Shown: positions 1 to 10,516, numbered from the stretch's first letter. The stretch is 64,000 nt of DNA from Acidobacteriota bacterium (GCA_963666055.2 CAXWPH010000015.1:224001-288000); one strand, 5' to 3'. The notes: generated by a model from the letters alone, not told the origin. A program made the numbers and translations.

Positions 1-303
1 GAGATGACGTCGAGCGCGCGGCGTCGCTCCTGTTCCGAATAATCCAGCCACGCGAAGCTAGAAGTCATCGCCTCAGATCCGTCTAGGCTCCGGGAAAGGC
101 TGCCGTCGATTGACCCTGTCTTTCGGAGCGGCGCTGATGCCGGTTCGGTGGCTCGAACTCCATCTGAAGCGCAGATGGTACCAGCCGCCCTTGTTGAGCA
201 CTTGGGCTGTCGGGTTGTCCTCGTGGAGCCGCTGCATAATCATCACGTGCGCTGCGCCCCTCGAAGCTCCGCGCGTCGAGAGCGTCTGACTGGCGCGGCC
301 CTG

Positions 304-329
304 ACTTTCGATGCCCCCGGTTGAACAGG
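304..329 (-). other. cos-like packaging motif, copy 3
   Basis: + strand actttcgatgcccccggttgaacagg is nearly identical to 8321-8346 and shares its core with 12458-12486. Confidence 0.45.
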
Positions 330-638
330 CATACGCAGGTGCGCGGAGACGCCGGCCGGCGGCCGACCAGAGGCAGGGTAAGCGCAAAACGGCCCGCGAG
401 ACGCTTCAGCAGCGTATACACAGGCGAAAACCTCGGGCGGTGATGCGGGATCCTCCCCCATTGTGGCTGCGTCTGTCGGGGTTGTGGAAAACCTCCACCC
501 GGACAAGACAAGAATCCGGCGCGCTGCCAGCGCTCAAGAGCTAACGATCTCCTCCAAGAGCGCTCTGGTCGATGAACCGCAGTCCAACCGCCGGCACGCC
601 GCGGGTCCGAAACCACCGCCGTGGGCCGTGCGTTCGCT

Positions 639-1007
639 CTAGAACGCGATCGCACCTGCCCTCAGCAGATTGGTCAGGTGGGCAACCACGTTCGACTTCC
701 GTCTCTTGAAATAGAAAACTCGTCCTTGCTCATTGTCGCTCACGTGATAGCAATTCCAGCGCTCCAGCCCCATGTCATTGAGCCGTCTATCCAAGTCCTC
801 CAGATCAGCGTTTGCTACCTTGAGTGACGTGTACTCGATGGCCCAGAGGTCCTGGAGCTCTTCTGCCGACAGGTCACGCAATTCGCCTGCCCTCGTCCGC
901 GCGTCATCAATTATCTCCTGAGCATCCTCTCGCAACTCAGCCAACGGAGCCTGCTGACACCCGACAGAAAGCACCATCATTGACACGACAATTCGTATGG
1001 TTCGCAT
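639..1007 (-). CDS. Hypothetical lipoprotein, DUF4177-like C-terminus
   Basis: Lipobox-like LSVGC after a hydrophobic stretch; EY...LNDMGLERW...YFKR pattern resembles DUF4177. Confidence 0.6.
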   Translation of the reverse strand: MRTIRIVVSMMVLSVGCQQAPLAELREDAQEIIDDARTRAGELRDLSAEELQDLWAIEYTSLKVANADLEDLDRRLNDMGLERWNCYHVSDNEQGRVFYFKRRKSNVVAHLTNLLRAGAIAF

Positions 1008-1155
1008 ATCGTTCTCACCCTATGTAGCCAGTGACAGTGACCTGACCCCGCGGTTAGTACCACGTCGTATCTCAGTAACTCGGTGCTGACAAGAGGACGT
1101 TGAGGCCGGCGAAGCGGAACGCAGCCGGGTTCAACAACAGCGCCTTGATCGGCCC

Positions 1156-1414
1156 TCAGGCTCGCCCACAGAGCGCCACGTTCACTACCTGGAGCGGGTA
1201 TGCGTCGTGTGCCACGTGGTACGCCACCGGGTTGAGCACGATGCTCGTCTTGCCCCATTGGCTCGATTCCCATCACGACGACGTGTCGATGCCGGGCTCG
1301 CGGAAGGCGTCGAGGACGCCGCGTTGAAATGGCGCGTGTCGGAAACGGTCCGCTGGCGCGGCAGTTCGAGTGCGCGGGCCCAGAGGTCGCGGTGACCTCG
1401 AGCTCGGCGCGCAC
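1156..1414 (-). pseudogene. Phage terminase large subunit (lambda GpA-type) N-terminal fragment
   Basis: Stitching frames gives TSGP...APFQRGVLDAFREPGI-HVVVMG-SSQWGKTSIVLNPVAYHVAHD, matching the GpA adenine-binding (PYQ) and Walker A (SAQVGKT-like) region; frameshifted and truncated. Confidence 0.7.
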
Positions 1415-1500
1415 CGCCTTCGGGCCGCCCCATGTGCGCGGCTCGTGCCACCCGGCTTGAGATCGTGGCCGGCCAGGCGAGCATGATCGTCTTGCAGCTG

Positions 1501-1622
1501 ATGGTGCGGTTCATCGAGGAGCATCGTGACGGCTACTCGGTTGAGCCGATCTGCGCGCAGGTGCCGATCCACCTCGTCCAGGTACTATGAGCACAAGAGT
1601 CGTCAGGCAGATCCCACGAGCG
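1501..1622 (+). mobile_element. IS3-family orfB N-terminal remnant
   Basis: MVRFIEEHRDGYSVEPICAQVPI then, after a frameshift, RYYEHKSRQADP, the typical start of IS3 OrfB. Confidence 0.75.
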
Positions 1623-1936
1623 CATCGGGGCGGCACAGGAACCTCGCCGCCGCGGGCGCTTCCCTTGGTTGCAATGCAGGCCGGACGCTGACTCTCGCCC
1701 GCCATGCCGGCTCGCTACGCATGCGGACAGTTCGCTACCCGGAGCGCCGTGGCGCGGGTGCGCTTCGGGCCAATAGCGGTTGTAGGAGCGCGCGCGAACT
1801 GATGGCATGATGGCAGTCGCCGCCAGCCTTGCAATTGCGGCGAGCGTGCTACTCGCGAGCACTGCAATCTCGGCACAGGAGGACCTCAACGTGACGCTCT
1901 GCCCTTCCCCACCTTCGTAGCTTCACCCGACGCTGA

Positions 1937-2359
1937 ATGCCATACCGACCGATCTCGACGCGGCTACTCCGAGTAGAGGAATTCCAACGTGCCATCCAGG
2001 GGCTTCAAGTTGGCGACCGGTTGCGTATCACCAGCTTCGACGAAAGGCCTGTTTCGGCCGTAGTGTACACGCGCGGCGGGGGCTTCTTGGGAACGGGCCG
2101 CCAGGTCGGCTATCTGAGCAACGCAATTGCACGAAAGGTCGCGGAGTACGAGAGCAGTGGCGGGTTCGTCTATGCAGTAGTTACAAAGCGCTTGCCGCTG
2201 GGCGCTGAGATTGACGTTTGCTTCACTGACGATGTGGCCGAACTGATGCCCGCATCGAAACCGGGATACGATGCCGAGATCGCCGGCGGGTGCGGTTTCC
2301 TGCTGGTCTTGGTCGTCCTGGTCGTCCTGGTGACCGCGCTGCTGACCTGGGCCTGTTGA
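1937..2359 (+). CDS. HIRAN-like domain protein with C-terminal transmembrane helix
   Basis: LQVGDRL...AVVY...QVGYLSNAIARKVA resembles the HIRAN fold signature; hydrophobic tail FLLVLVVLVVLVTALL. Confidence 0.55.
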   Translation: MPYRPISTRLLRVEEFQRAIQGLQVGDRLRITSFDERPVSAVVYTRGGGFLGTGRQVGYLSNAIARKVAEYESSGGFVYAVVTKRLPLGAEIDVCFTDDVAELMPASKPGYDAEIAGGCGFLLVLVVLVVLVTALLTWAC

Positions 2360-2429
2360 CGTGGCGTTCTCACGGTCGGCGGCCTCCGTGTCGCGGGATC
2401 CGGTGGCTTCAGGCAGCCGATCGACAGGC

Positions 2430-2615
2430 TATGGCGGTCATTCCAGATTGCTTCGAGAATCTTGTCCTTGTGAACGCGGATGGCCTCGAGCAACTCCGGG
2501 ATCGGAGGGACGTGGCACGGAGATGCAGCCTTCGCCCGCACGCGTGCATGCTGATGCCTTCCGTCCGGGCTCGTCGGATCAATCGCTCGGCGACACTCAA
2601 AGCGAAACACTCCAC
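2430..2615 (-). pseudogene. Small prophage/satellite protein, TubC N-terminal-like, frameshifted
   Basis: LIRRARTEGISMHACGRRLHLRA + frameshift + PIPELLEAIRVHKDKILEAIW. Confidence 0.45.
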
Positions 2616-2686
2616 TCGGCATCTGCCTGAGCCGGTTCCGTGTTCGGGCCCGCTTTCTCGGCACTGTTCGCGGAAGGCATCCTTTC

Positions 2687-2757
2687 AACCGGTACATCCG
2701 GTACAAGCCCTGTCGGCCGAGCATGGTCTGTACCGGCTGTACCGCTTGTACCGGATG
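2687..2757. repeat. Iteron-like inverted cluster: CCGGTACA x2 facing TGTACCG x3
   Basis: Perfect 14-bp inverted repeat catccggtacaagc (2695-2708) / gcttgtaccggatg (2744-2757), plus extra 9-bp-phased copies. Confidence 0.75.
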
Positions 2758-2815
2758 AGTCGGTGCCGGTATGGGTGCAACTACCCTCCTCCGGGGCGTG
2801 GCGTTCCCACGCCTC

Positions 2816-3112
2816 GCGGTTCGCGACTGGCTCGGTAGGCTCGGCGTGGGGACGCTGTTGATCGAGCCGGGCTCGCCTTGGGACAACGGTTACGTGGAGA
2901 GCTTCAACGGCAAGCTCAGAGACGAGTTGCTGGATAAAGAGATCTTCTACACGCTCGCCGAGGGCAAAGGCCTTGGGTGCAGGGCTGGCGCCGTGAGTAC
3001 AACCAGGTGCGGCCCCATTGCTCACTCGGCTATCGGCCATCCGCACCCGAAATGACGTTGCCAGCTCCGATTCTATGAGTTACGAAACGGCCCAATCACC
3101 TGGGGCAGGTCA
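2816..3112 (+). mobile_element. IS3-family transposase C-terminal remnant with right end
   Basis: VRDWLGRLGVGTLLIEPGSPWDNGYVESFNGKLRDELL, frameshift, WRREYNQVRPHCSLGY; ends in ...tggggcaggtca, an IS3-type terminal repeat ending CA. Confidence 0.85.
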
Positions 3113-3278
3113 CAGTTCGATCCCAACCGCATTGGCGCCCTCAGCTGTTCGACCATCGCATCGCCTCCAGCAGCCCTTCGAGGTGCGCCATGCACTCGCA
3201 AATCCGGCGAGCACGCGTGGCTAGAATCTCAACCAACAGAATCAGTGACTTGCATGCCAATGTGGGAGCTGGCAGGCG

Positions 3279-5543
3279 CTACCAGTCGAACGAGCGCGTC
3301 ACCTTCAACGTTAGGGTGCGGTCGTGGCGGCCGAACTGGAAGCCATCGTACTCGCCGGCCTGACGGTACACCAGGTAGATATCGTCGCCGATGCGATAGA
3401 TGTAGCGCAGACGCGCGAAGATCGACACGGTGTTGAAAAGGTTGTTGTACTGCACCAACGCGTCGGTGAGCCAGCGGTCCGAGAAGCTGTAGCTGGCGCG
3501 TGCGTTGAGCAAGTTAGAGATGAAGCTGCCGCCCGGCAGGTCGATCTTGTTGTAGCTGAAGGCGGGGGACAGCTGCAGCTTCTCGCTGAACCGAATCGTC
3601 ACTTCCGGTGATAGCGACAGGATCGTGCCGTCAAAGAATTGACCGAACGTGCCCATCGTGGCGGCGCTGATCCTGCGCCCGTCGAAGGTGAACGCGAACA
3701 CGTCCAAACTGTTGAACTCGTACTCGCCGGGAGGGATCGTCACTTCCGGATGGATCTGGAAGGGGAAATCCAGTCGCTCGAAGGTGTTGAGGTAGGCGAC
3801 GCCGATCGCATCTCCGGACTCGAAGTTCAAGAACGCTCCTGCGGACCCCTGTCGCGTCACGAGGTCCCCGCGCGTGTCGTGAAAGGTAGTAAAAAAGGTG
3901 TCGAAGGTCACCGAACGTAGCCACGAGACATCAGGCCGAGGGTTGAATGACGCTAGGTAGTCGCGCCGCACAACGTCCTCGCGAAGAACAAATCCCAGGT
4001 CGCTGCGGAAGCCGGGGTCGATGCGCATCACATCGACGCTGGCGGTCCACAGATCGCTTTGCCACCCGATGCGGAACTGGCCGGCGTACTTGCCCTCCTC
4101 GAGGTCGTCGTCGATGGCTCGGGCACCGAAAGCCGAGATGTTGAGGTTGTCGAGAAACGTGAAGCTGACGTCGGCGCCCACCACCGTGTTCGTGTGCCCG
4201 TCGGGTCCTTCGACGTTGGTCACCAGCGCGCCGACGGACGATCGCTCGAGGACATCCTGTCGCCAGCGCAGGGCCGTGTAGTTGCGCCCCTCGCCGAACT
4301 CCGAGTCACCCGTACGGACGTGTAGGAAGCCGAGGTTACCGCTGCCGATCTTGCCGGTCATCTTGGCGCCGAAGTCGATCGGTAGCGGCTCGCCGAACTC
4401 CGACAGCCCGATGTTGCGCGAGTGGAACAATTGAAGCACCGGCGCCTCGAAGCCGCCGGAAAGACCGGACTGCTGCCCGAAGCTGAAGTTGTTGGCGCCC
4501 TCCAGGAAGAAGTCGCGTTTCTCAGGGAAAAACAGGTCGAAGCGTGTCAGGTTGACGCGTTGCTCATCGAGCTCGACCTGGGCGAAGTCGGTGTTGTAGG
4601 TCAGGTCGGCGGTCAGGTTCGAGGTGAGCTGGATCTTGAGATCGTCGATGCCGAGCTGCTCGTCGACGTTGTTGGTGCGCCCGGGGTCCTCGAACAGCGA
4701 CGTGACGGTGCCAAGAAAGTAGGGCCTTAGACGGAAGCGCTGGGTGACCGACAGGTTCTCGAAGCCGCGCAGGTCGCCGGCCTGCGACACAGCGATGAAC
4801 TGGAAGTCGCGCCGGTAGTTGCTCCAGGCCACCTGCTCGTTCTTGCGCAGGATCTGGCGCTCGAAGTCGACACCCCAATCCGAGGCACCTGCCGAGTAGC
4901 GCAGGATCCGCAGCGGGATCACCAGCTCGGCCTCCCATCCACGCGAGGTGATCTGTGCCGCCGCTTCCCAGGCCTCGTCCCAGTTGGAGTTGACCTCGCG
5001 CTCGTTGCGGATGGTGGCATCGTAGCGCGTGCCAAGCGGGTTGACGGTGAACTGGAACGCGCTGCGGCCGTCGTTGAAGGTATCGAGCAGAACGGTGAAG
5101 GTATCGTCCGACCTACGGAATTGGTGCCCGATCGCGTCGCGTCGCAGCTCGGTGGCTATGATGGCGCTCGGGTCACTGTCGTAGGCGATCAGGCCGACAT
5201 AGAGGTTCTCGTCGTCGTAGAGAATACGGACCTCGGTGCGCTCGGTTGCAGGCTGACCTTCCCGCGGCTCGCGTTGCAGGAAGTTGGTGGCGACATCGGC
5301 CAGCGTCCAGCTGGATTCGTCCACGATACCGTCCATCACGGGCGGCTCGACGGCGCGGACGACGTTCATGCTGGCAGCGGCGCTATCGGGTGCGGGCGCG
5401 CCGTCCGGCTCCTGAGGCGACGATCCTACCGCCGGCACCGGGAAGGCTGCCGAGATCGCCAGGCTCGCCAGTGTGAGCGACGCGAGAGCACAATGCCATC
5501 GCGCCCGTCCTCGGCACCACCGAGTCCGACCGTTTCGAGCCAC
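3279..5543 (-). CDS. Exported CBM9-like + DUF5916 outer-membrane protein (start uncertain)
   Basis: PVMDGIVDESSW, TEVRILYDDENLYVG, GWEAELVIP, TYNTDFAQVELD, FFPEKRDFFLEG; C-terminal aromatic residue. Confidence 0.85.
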   Translation of the reverse strand: MARNGRTRWCRGRARWHCALASLTLASLAISAAFPVPAVGSSPQEPDGAPAPDSAAASMNVVRAVEPPVMDGIVDESSWTLADVATNFLQREPREGQPATERTEVRILYDDENLYVGLIAYDSDPSAIIATELRRDAIGHQFRRSDDTFTVLLDTFNDGRSAFQFTVNPLGTRYDATIRNEREVNSNWDEAWEAAAQITSRGWEAELVIPLRILRYSAGASDWGVDFERQILRKNEQVAWSNYRRDFQFIAVSQAGDLRGFENLSVTQRFRLRPYFLGTVTSLFEDPGRTNNVDEQLGIDDLKIQLTSNLTADLTYNTDFAQVELDEQRVNLTRFDLFFPEKRDFFLEGANNFSFGQQSGLSGGFEAPVLQLFHSRNIGLSEFGEPLPIDFGAKMTGKIGSGNLGFLHVRTGDSEFGEGRNYTALRWRQDVLERSSVGALVTNVEGPDGHTNTVVGADVSFTFLDNLNISAFGARAIDDDLEEGKYAGQFRIGWQSDLWTASVDVMRIDPGFRSDLGFVLREDVVRRDYLASFNPRPDVSWLRSVTFDTFFTTFHDTRGDLVTRQGSAGAFLNFESGDAIGVAYLNTFERLDFPFQIHPEVTIPPGEYEFNSLDVFAFTFDGRRISAATMGTFGQFFDGTILSLSPEVTIRFSEKLQLSPAFSYNKIDLPGGSFISNLLNARASYSFSDRWLTDALVQYNNLFNTVSIFARLRYIYRIGDDIYLVYRQAGEYDGFQFGRHDRTLTLKVTRSFDW

Positions 5544-5938
5544 ACGGCAAGCTCGCGCGCCACGGCCAGCGTAGCGGAAGCCGTGGGCCCCACCGGCACA
5601 AGCGCCCCCGCTGGTGAGGAAGCTTCCGTGCGGGCCCCTTTCCCACGTCGGCTCTTCGACCTCATGAGTTCCAGTTGCCCCTTTGGGGTCGTCAAGAACG
5701 GCGTGTAGAGACATTCTTCGCATTCTGTGTTCCTGCTGAACAAGGGCTTTGTTCCGAGTCGCACGCAGAGCGTGCCCAACCGCTGGTTTCGGCGAACGTA
5801 CCGTCACTCGCTCGATCGAACGATACGGTCGTCTCGAGCCTGTTTCGGTGCGCTTCATGCCACGGTCGTTTGCCGTCACGCATCACGGTCGTATTGTTGA
5901 GCAGTTACGAGCGGCGCGCACGACGGCTGTAACGGATC

Positions 5939-7066
5939 ATGAGGGGTATGCAGTTGACCAAGACGTCGCTGGACTCGGTGCGATGGCGCTTGCTGTACGC
6001 CATCACCGCGTGGGCAGGGATCGCCACGCTACTGCTTGCGACGAGCTGGGGCGACGAGCACCGTAACCGGCTCATCTGGGCGGTCAGCGACTCGCTTGGT
6101 CTCGCCATCTGGGCACTCCTCGGTGTGGCCCTCTACCCTGTCCTGGCGGCGCCGTGGTCCCGACGCGGAGCTTGGGCGCGGAGAGTGCCTCTGTTGCTGC
6201 TTGCCTGGCTCTGCGGAAGCCTGGCAGGACACATGGTCGAGGTAGTAGTCGATGTGATCTGGCTCGATCTGCAGACGGGTCAATGCGGCGTGGCCTGCTC
6301 CATATTGCGCCGATTCACCCACTGGGGACTCCTGCCAGTACTGTTTCTACACCTACCCGGGTTTGTCGGCCTGCTTGCTCTGTGCACAATCGTGGTGTTG
6401 TTGGACCGCTCTCGCCAGCGAAAGGCTTCGCACGCTGTACTGATGGCGGAGCTTGCGGACGCTCGTCTGACGAATCTGCGCGCCCAGCTGCAGCCACACT
6501 TCCTGTTCAACACGCTCAACACTGCCGCCAGCCTGGCGGGCACCGACTCGCGAGCAGCGATCGAGTTGCTGTCGGAGTTGAGTTCGCTGCTCCGCAGGGC
6601 GTCTTCGGCAGGCGACAGCCACTTCGCTACGATTGCGGAAGAGGTCGCCTTCCTCCGCAGCTACATTGCGATCATGCAGTATCGCTTCGGCGACCGCATC
6701 GTGGTTGATGTGCATGTCGACAAAGGTATCGAGTCGGGGCTCATTCCTGTTCTGACGCTTCAGCCTCTAGTGGAGAACGCATATGTACATGGGCCTGGAG
6801 CCTCGCCGAGCGGGGGCAGAATCCGCGTGAGCCTCGTCCGCTCCGGACAACGGATCAAACTGAGCGTCACTGACGAGCTGGCTGGGGCCCCCGGTGTGAG
6901 TGTCACGTCCGGCCAGGGCGTAGCACTAGAGAACCTCGAGGCGCGTTTGTCGCACCTGTACGGCGCCGAAGATGCCTCGTTACAGACGACGTCAAAGGGG
7001 GATGCGGGATTTATCGCTACGGTGGAGGTGCCGTTTGTCATCTCCGAGGAGGAAATTTCACCTTGA
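5939..7066 (+). CDS. LytS/YehU-family sensor histidine kinase
   Basis: N-terminal TM helices; LRAQLQPHFLFNTLN H-box; LQPLVENAYVHG; GVALENLEARL. Confidence 0.92.
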   Translation: MRGMQLTKTSLDSVRWRLLYAITAWAGIATLLLATSWGDEHRNRLIWAVSDSLGLAIWALLGVALYPVLAAPWSRRGAWARRVPLLLLAWLCGSLAGHMVEVVVDVIWLDLQTGQCGVACSILRRFTHWGLLPVLFLHLPGFVGLLALCTIVVLLDRSRQRKASHAVLMAELADARLTNLRAQLQPHFLFNTLNTAASLAGTDSRAAIELLSELSSLLRRASSAGDSHFATIAEEVAFLRSYIAIMQYRFGDRIVVDVHVDKGIESGLIPVLTLQPLVENAYVHGPGASPSGGRIRVSLVRSGQRIKLSVTDELAGAPGVSVTSGQGVALENLEARLSHLYGAEDASLQTTSKGDAGFIATVEVPFVISEEEISP

Positions 7067-7851
7067 GCGCATCCAAGCCGATCCGCGTTCTCGTTGTGGA
7101 TGACGAACAGCCAGGAAGGCAACGCCTAGTTGACTTGCTGGCTCAGCGGGGCGATTGCGAACTGGCGGTAGTCTGTTCGGATGGCAAGCTCGCTTCAGCC
7201 GCAATCAACGAGCATGCTCCAGATCTCGTCCTGCTGGATATCCAGATGCCAGGACTCAGCGGTCTCGAAGTCGTGCGGCGTCTGGGTGGCAACGCACCAC
7301 ATACGATCTTCGTCACAGCATATGCGGAGCACGCACTGACCGCCTTCGAACTGGCTGCCGTCGACTACATCCTGAAGCCTTTTACCGAAGATCGGTTCAA
7401 CGCCAGCGTTGATCGTGCGATCGAGCTGATCCGCTCGGCTCGGACAGGCGCTCGGCTGGCGACACTCCAACATCTGCTGAAATCGCGGGACGGGCGAGTT
7501 GACACTCACGACCGACCGTGGCCGCAACGCGTCGCTGTCGAGAGCCGAGGGAAGCTTCGCATTGTTGCCCTCAACGACGTAACCCACATCACCGCCGATG
7601 GCCCCTACGTGAACCTCCATGCAGGCGATACCACGCACTTGGTCCGTGTCCGGATCAAGGATCTGGAAACAAGACTCGATCCTCAGTCGTTCTGGAGAAT
7701 CCATAGGTCTACCATGGTGAACGTAGATGCGATCGAGTCACTGAACGCGCTGGGGGCCGGAGACTATGTCGTGCGCCTCAAGTCAGGCGAGGAGCTGCGG
7801 CTCAGTAGAACCTTCCGCGACGAGTTGTCGAGTCGCATGGCACTGCTATAG
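7063..7851 (+). CDS. LytTR-family response regulator
   Basis: VVDDE, LLDIQMPG, FVTAY, YILKP receiver motifs; FWRIHRSTMVN LytTR domain; 4-nt overlap with the kinase. Confidence 0.93.
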   Translation: MSASKPIRVLVVDDEQPGRQRLVDLLAQRGDCELAVVCSDGKLASAAINEHAPDLVLLDIQMPGLSGLEVVRRLGGNAPHTIFVTAYAEHALTAFELAAVDYILKPFTEDRFNASVDRAIELIRSARTGARLATLQHLLKSRDGRVDTHDRPWPQRVAVESRGKLRIVALNDVTHITADGPYVNLHAGDTTHLVRVRIKDLETRLDPQSFWRIHRSTMVNVDAIESLNALGAGDYVVRLKSGEELRLSRTFRDELSSRMALL

Positions 7852-7994
7852 CTGAGTCGCCGCCGCAGCGCGTCGATGGCATCGCCTCCAACGCCGGCAG
7901 CCTCGAAGTGATGGTTGGCGTGCCGATCACTGGACGTCGGCGTCGCCTTGCCCGGCAGCCAGACGGTACCAGCAGACGGCGTCGGCATGGCTCC

Positions 7995-8251
7995 TCAGGT
8001 GTAGAGCGATCGCCCCGGCGTGCTTGCGCTCGTGGGCACTGCCGGCAGATCGGGTGGATGGTGTCGCGGTCCCAGAAGCGCTCGGGAGCTAGGTGGGCGG
8101 GTTCGATGTGGTCGAGCTGCTCGGCACCGACCGTGAAGCCCGCCTCGGCGCAGGGACGGCACAACGGCTCGTCTCGGGGGATTCCGGCGCGCCACCGGCG
8201 ATACCGGCGATGCCACCGCATTCTTCGGAGAGTTTCGGTCTCGGTCGGCAT
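7995..8251 (-). pseudogene. Phage-type HNH endonuclease with a 1-nt insertion
   Basis: EPLCRPC...LDHIEP...ICRQC; removing one base of the G run at 8034-8036 restores CHERKH; 3' end approximate. Confidence 0.8.
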
Positions 8252-8320
8252 GCTCTCAGTCTAAATGTGTGTGTGTAAATGTACTGGGGGGCGACGGTAT
8301 CCGGGGGTCATGGGGCTGGA

Positions 8321-8346
8321 ACTTCGATGGCCCCCCGTTGAACAGG
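8321..8346 (-). other. cos-like packaging motif, copy 2
   Basis: Minus strand cctgttcaacggggggccatcgaagt, 70 nt upstream of the HNH start. Confidence 0.5.
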
Positions 8347-8569
8347 AATGCCCGGGCATGGACAGACGCCGGCGGTACCTTTCACCGACTCGGTCGCTGG
8401 GACCCGTCGAGCGACTTCACGAGATCTGCTACTGGAGCGGACGGGACGCCCCGCCCGGCGTCCCCGTTGCAAGTAGCGCCGACGGCAAGTGAGCACCGTG
8501 CCCGCTACCCGTCCCCCCGGGACGGTGCGCTTCCAATGTGCTGCGTCGACGGGATCTCGTCCCCAGGGC

Positions 8570-10516
8570 TCAATTCACGCCGCCTTCACTTGTCTGGCGC
8601 AGTGCAGCGAGCACTCGCTCGGGCGTGAACGGTGTTTGATACAAACGGATTCCCACCGCGTCGTGGATGGCGTCGGCGACGGCCGGCGCGATCGCCGGGC
8701 AGGGCATCTCGCCGACACCCCGTGGACCGTTGTTCGGGTACGCCTGCAGCCAGGCGATGTCGATCTCGGGAGTGTGACGAAAGCTGGGCACTTCGTAGTC
8801 GCCGAACACACGCGCATGGACCTGATGGCGATCGGCGACGAGATTCTCCACCAGGCAGTATCCGATGCCCCACATGATCGCCCCGCGGACGTTGACGGTG
8901 CAGTTGCGCCGATTGATGACCGTACCAATGTCAAGTGCACAGCAGACACGCTTTACCCGCACGACTCCCGTCTTGCGGTTAACCTTGACCTCGACGAAGA
9001 AGACCCCGAGCTCGCGCGCCCCGTGATTGATGACAGACACACCGAGCCCGTGATCCGGCTGCCGCATGTACGTGCTGTACCGGATCAAATCGGCGCCTGA
9101 ACTCAACAGCTCGTTGAACGCTTCGAGCTGCACGTTGCGTCTTCGGAACTCGACCCGGTCGATCCCGGCCAGCTCCGCTAGATGGCTCATGTGGCTCTCC
9201 ACTGCGAAGCTGACCTGCATGAAGCTAGTACCGCGGACCACCGCGTGGCGCAAAGGCAGCTGGGTCTTGTACAAACGCGTGCGCGAGTTGGGCACCTTGT
9301 AGGTATCCAGCGTGCCGTGACCCGTGTCGTTGATGATGTCGATGTGACGGGTATCAATGGTGCCGTCGGCATTAAGGGTGCTGCTGATATCGATCACACA
9401 CGGCTCTTTGGCGCGCGCCCGGCCGACGAACTGGTCCGCACGGCTGTAAACGTACTTCACCGGCGCCCCGGCAAACCGCGACAGCTCCGCCGCCTCGCCG
9501 CCGACGGTGTTGGAGATCTTGCCTCCGTAGCCCCCGCCAACAGGCATGCCGGCCACCCGCACCTTGCCCGCACCTAGGCCGAGGCGCCGAGCGATCAAGG
9601 CCCGTTGCAGGTGGGGTCCCTGGCTTGCCACCCACACGGTGGTGCCGTCCAGCCGCACGTCAGCGACAGCGCTGTCAGTCTCCAGCGGTGCTTGCGTGGT
9701 GAAGTGCGTGATGTACGTTTCGCTCAGGCGCACGCCGCCACCGGGTCCAGGAGCATCGACATTCCCTATATTCTCGATCTCGGTGACCAGTTGAGCGCCC
9801 CGACGGATGTCGCGTTCGAGATTGAGCTTGGCGCGGCCCGGAGGCTTGCGCCAGCGAGCGGTGATTGCCTTCAACCCCAGCTCGACGGCGTGGTAACTGT
9901 CGCCGATCACTGCGGGGCGGCCACGGACGATTCCTACTTTGGCTACTCCGGGCACCGTACGCGCCCTGTCCAGGTCAGCCGAGATAAGAGGGCTCAGGTG
10001 CTCGTGATACGGCGACCGAAGGTATGCACCGTACAGCAGCCCGCCGGGACCGAGATCTCCGACATACTGCTGCGCACCGGTCACGATGTCGCGAGCCCGG
10101 ACATCGTCCAGACCTCTGTCCACGTACGACCCGGACAGCTCCTGGCGCGCTGGCGGCTCCAAGTCCACGAGCACGACACTGGAGACAACCAGCTGGCTCA
10201 TGCCCACGGTCATGCTCGGGTCTGAGGCCGACACGACACCGCCGCGCCGGACCTGGACTTGCTCCGGGTCCAGTCCCAGAATCTCTGCCCCGGCCCGCCG
10301 CAGCGACATCGAAGCGGCCAGCGCAGTTTGCCAAAACCCCCATCCCACCTGCTGTGTGGCACTGCTGCCCTCGGTAGTTCCATCGTCCGGACACAGCTCT
10401 GTGTCGCCCATCACCACGTCGACTGCCTTGGGCGATATCTCGAGTGCCTGGCTGACGAGGGCGACGATGACTGTCTCCAGACCCTGGCCGATCTCGGTGA
10501 TCGCCAGGCCCGGGAA
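8570..10516 (-). pseudogene. 5'-truncated xanthine dehydrogenase/isoquinoline oxidoreductase-family molybdopterin subunit
   Basis: TEIGQG...VVMGDT, VGGGYGGK, FAVESHM, GVGEMP, AVGIRLYQTPFTPERV; in-frame stop at 10517-10519 with no proper N-terminus; no 2Fe-2S partner nearby. Confidence 0.8.
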
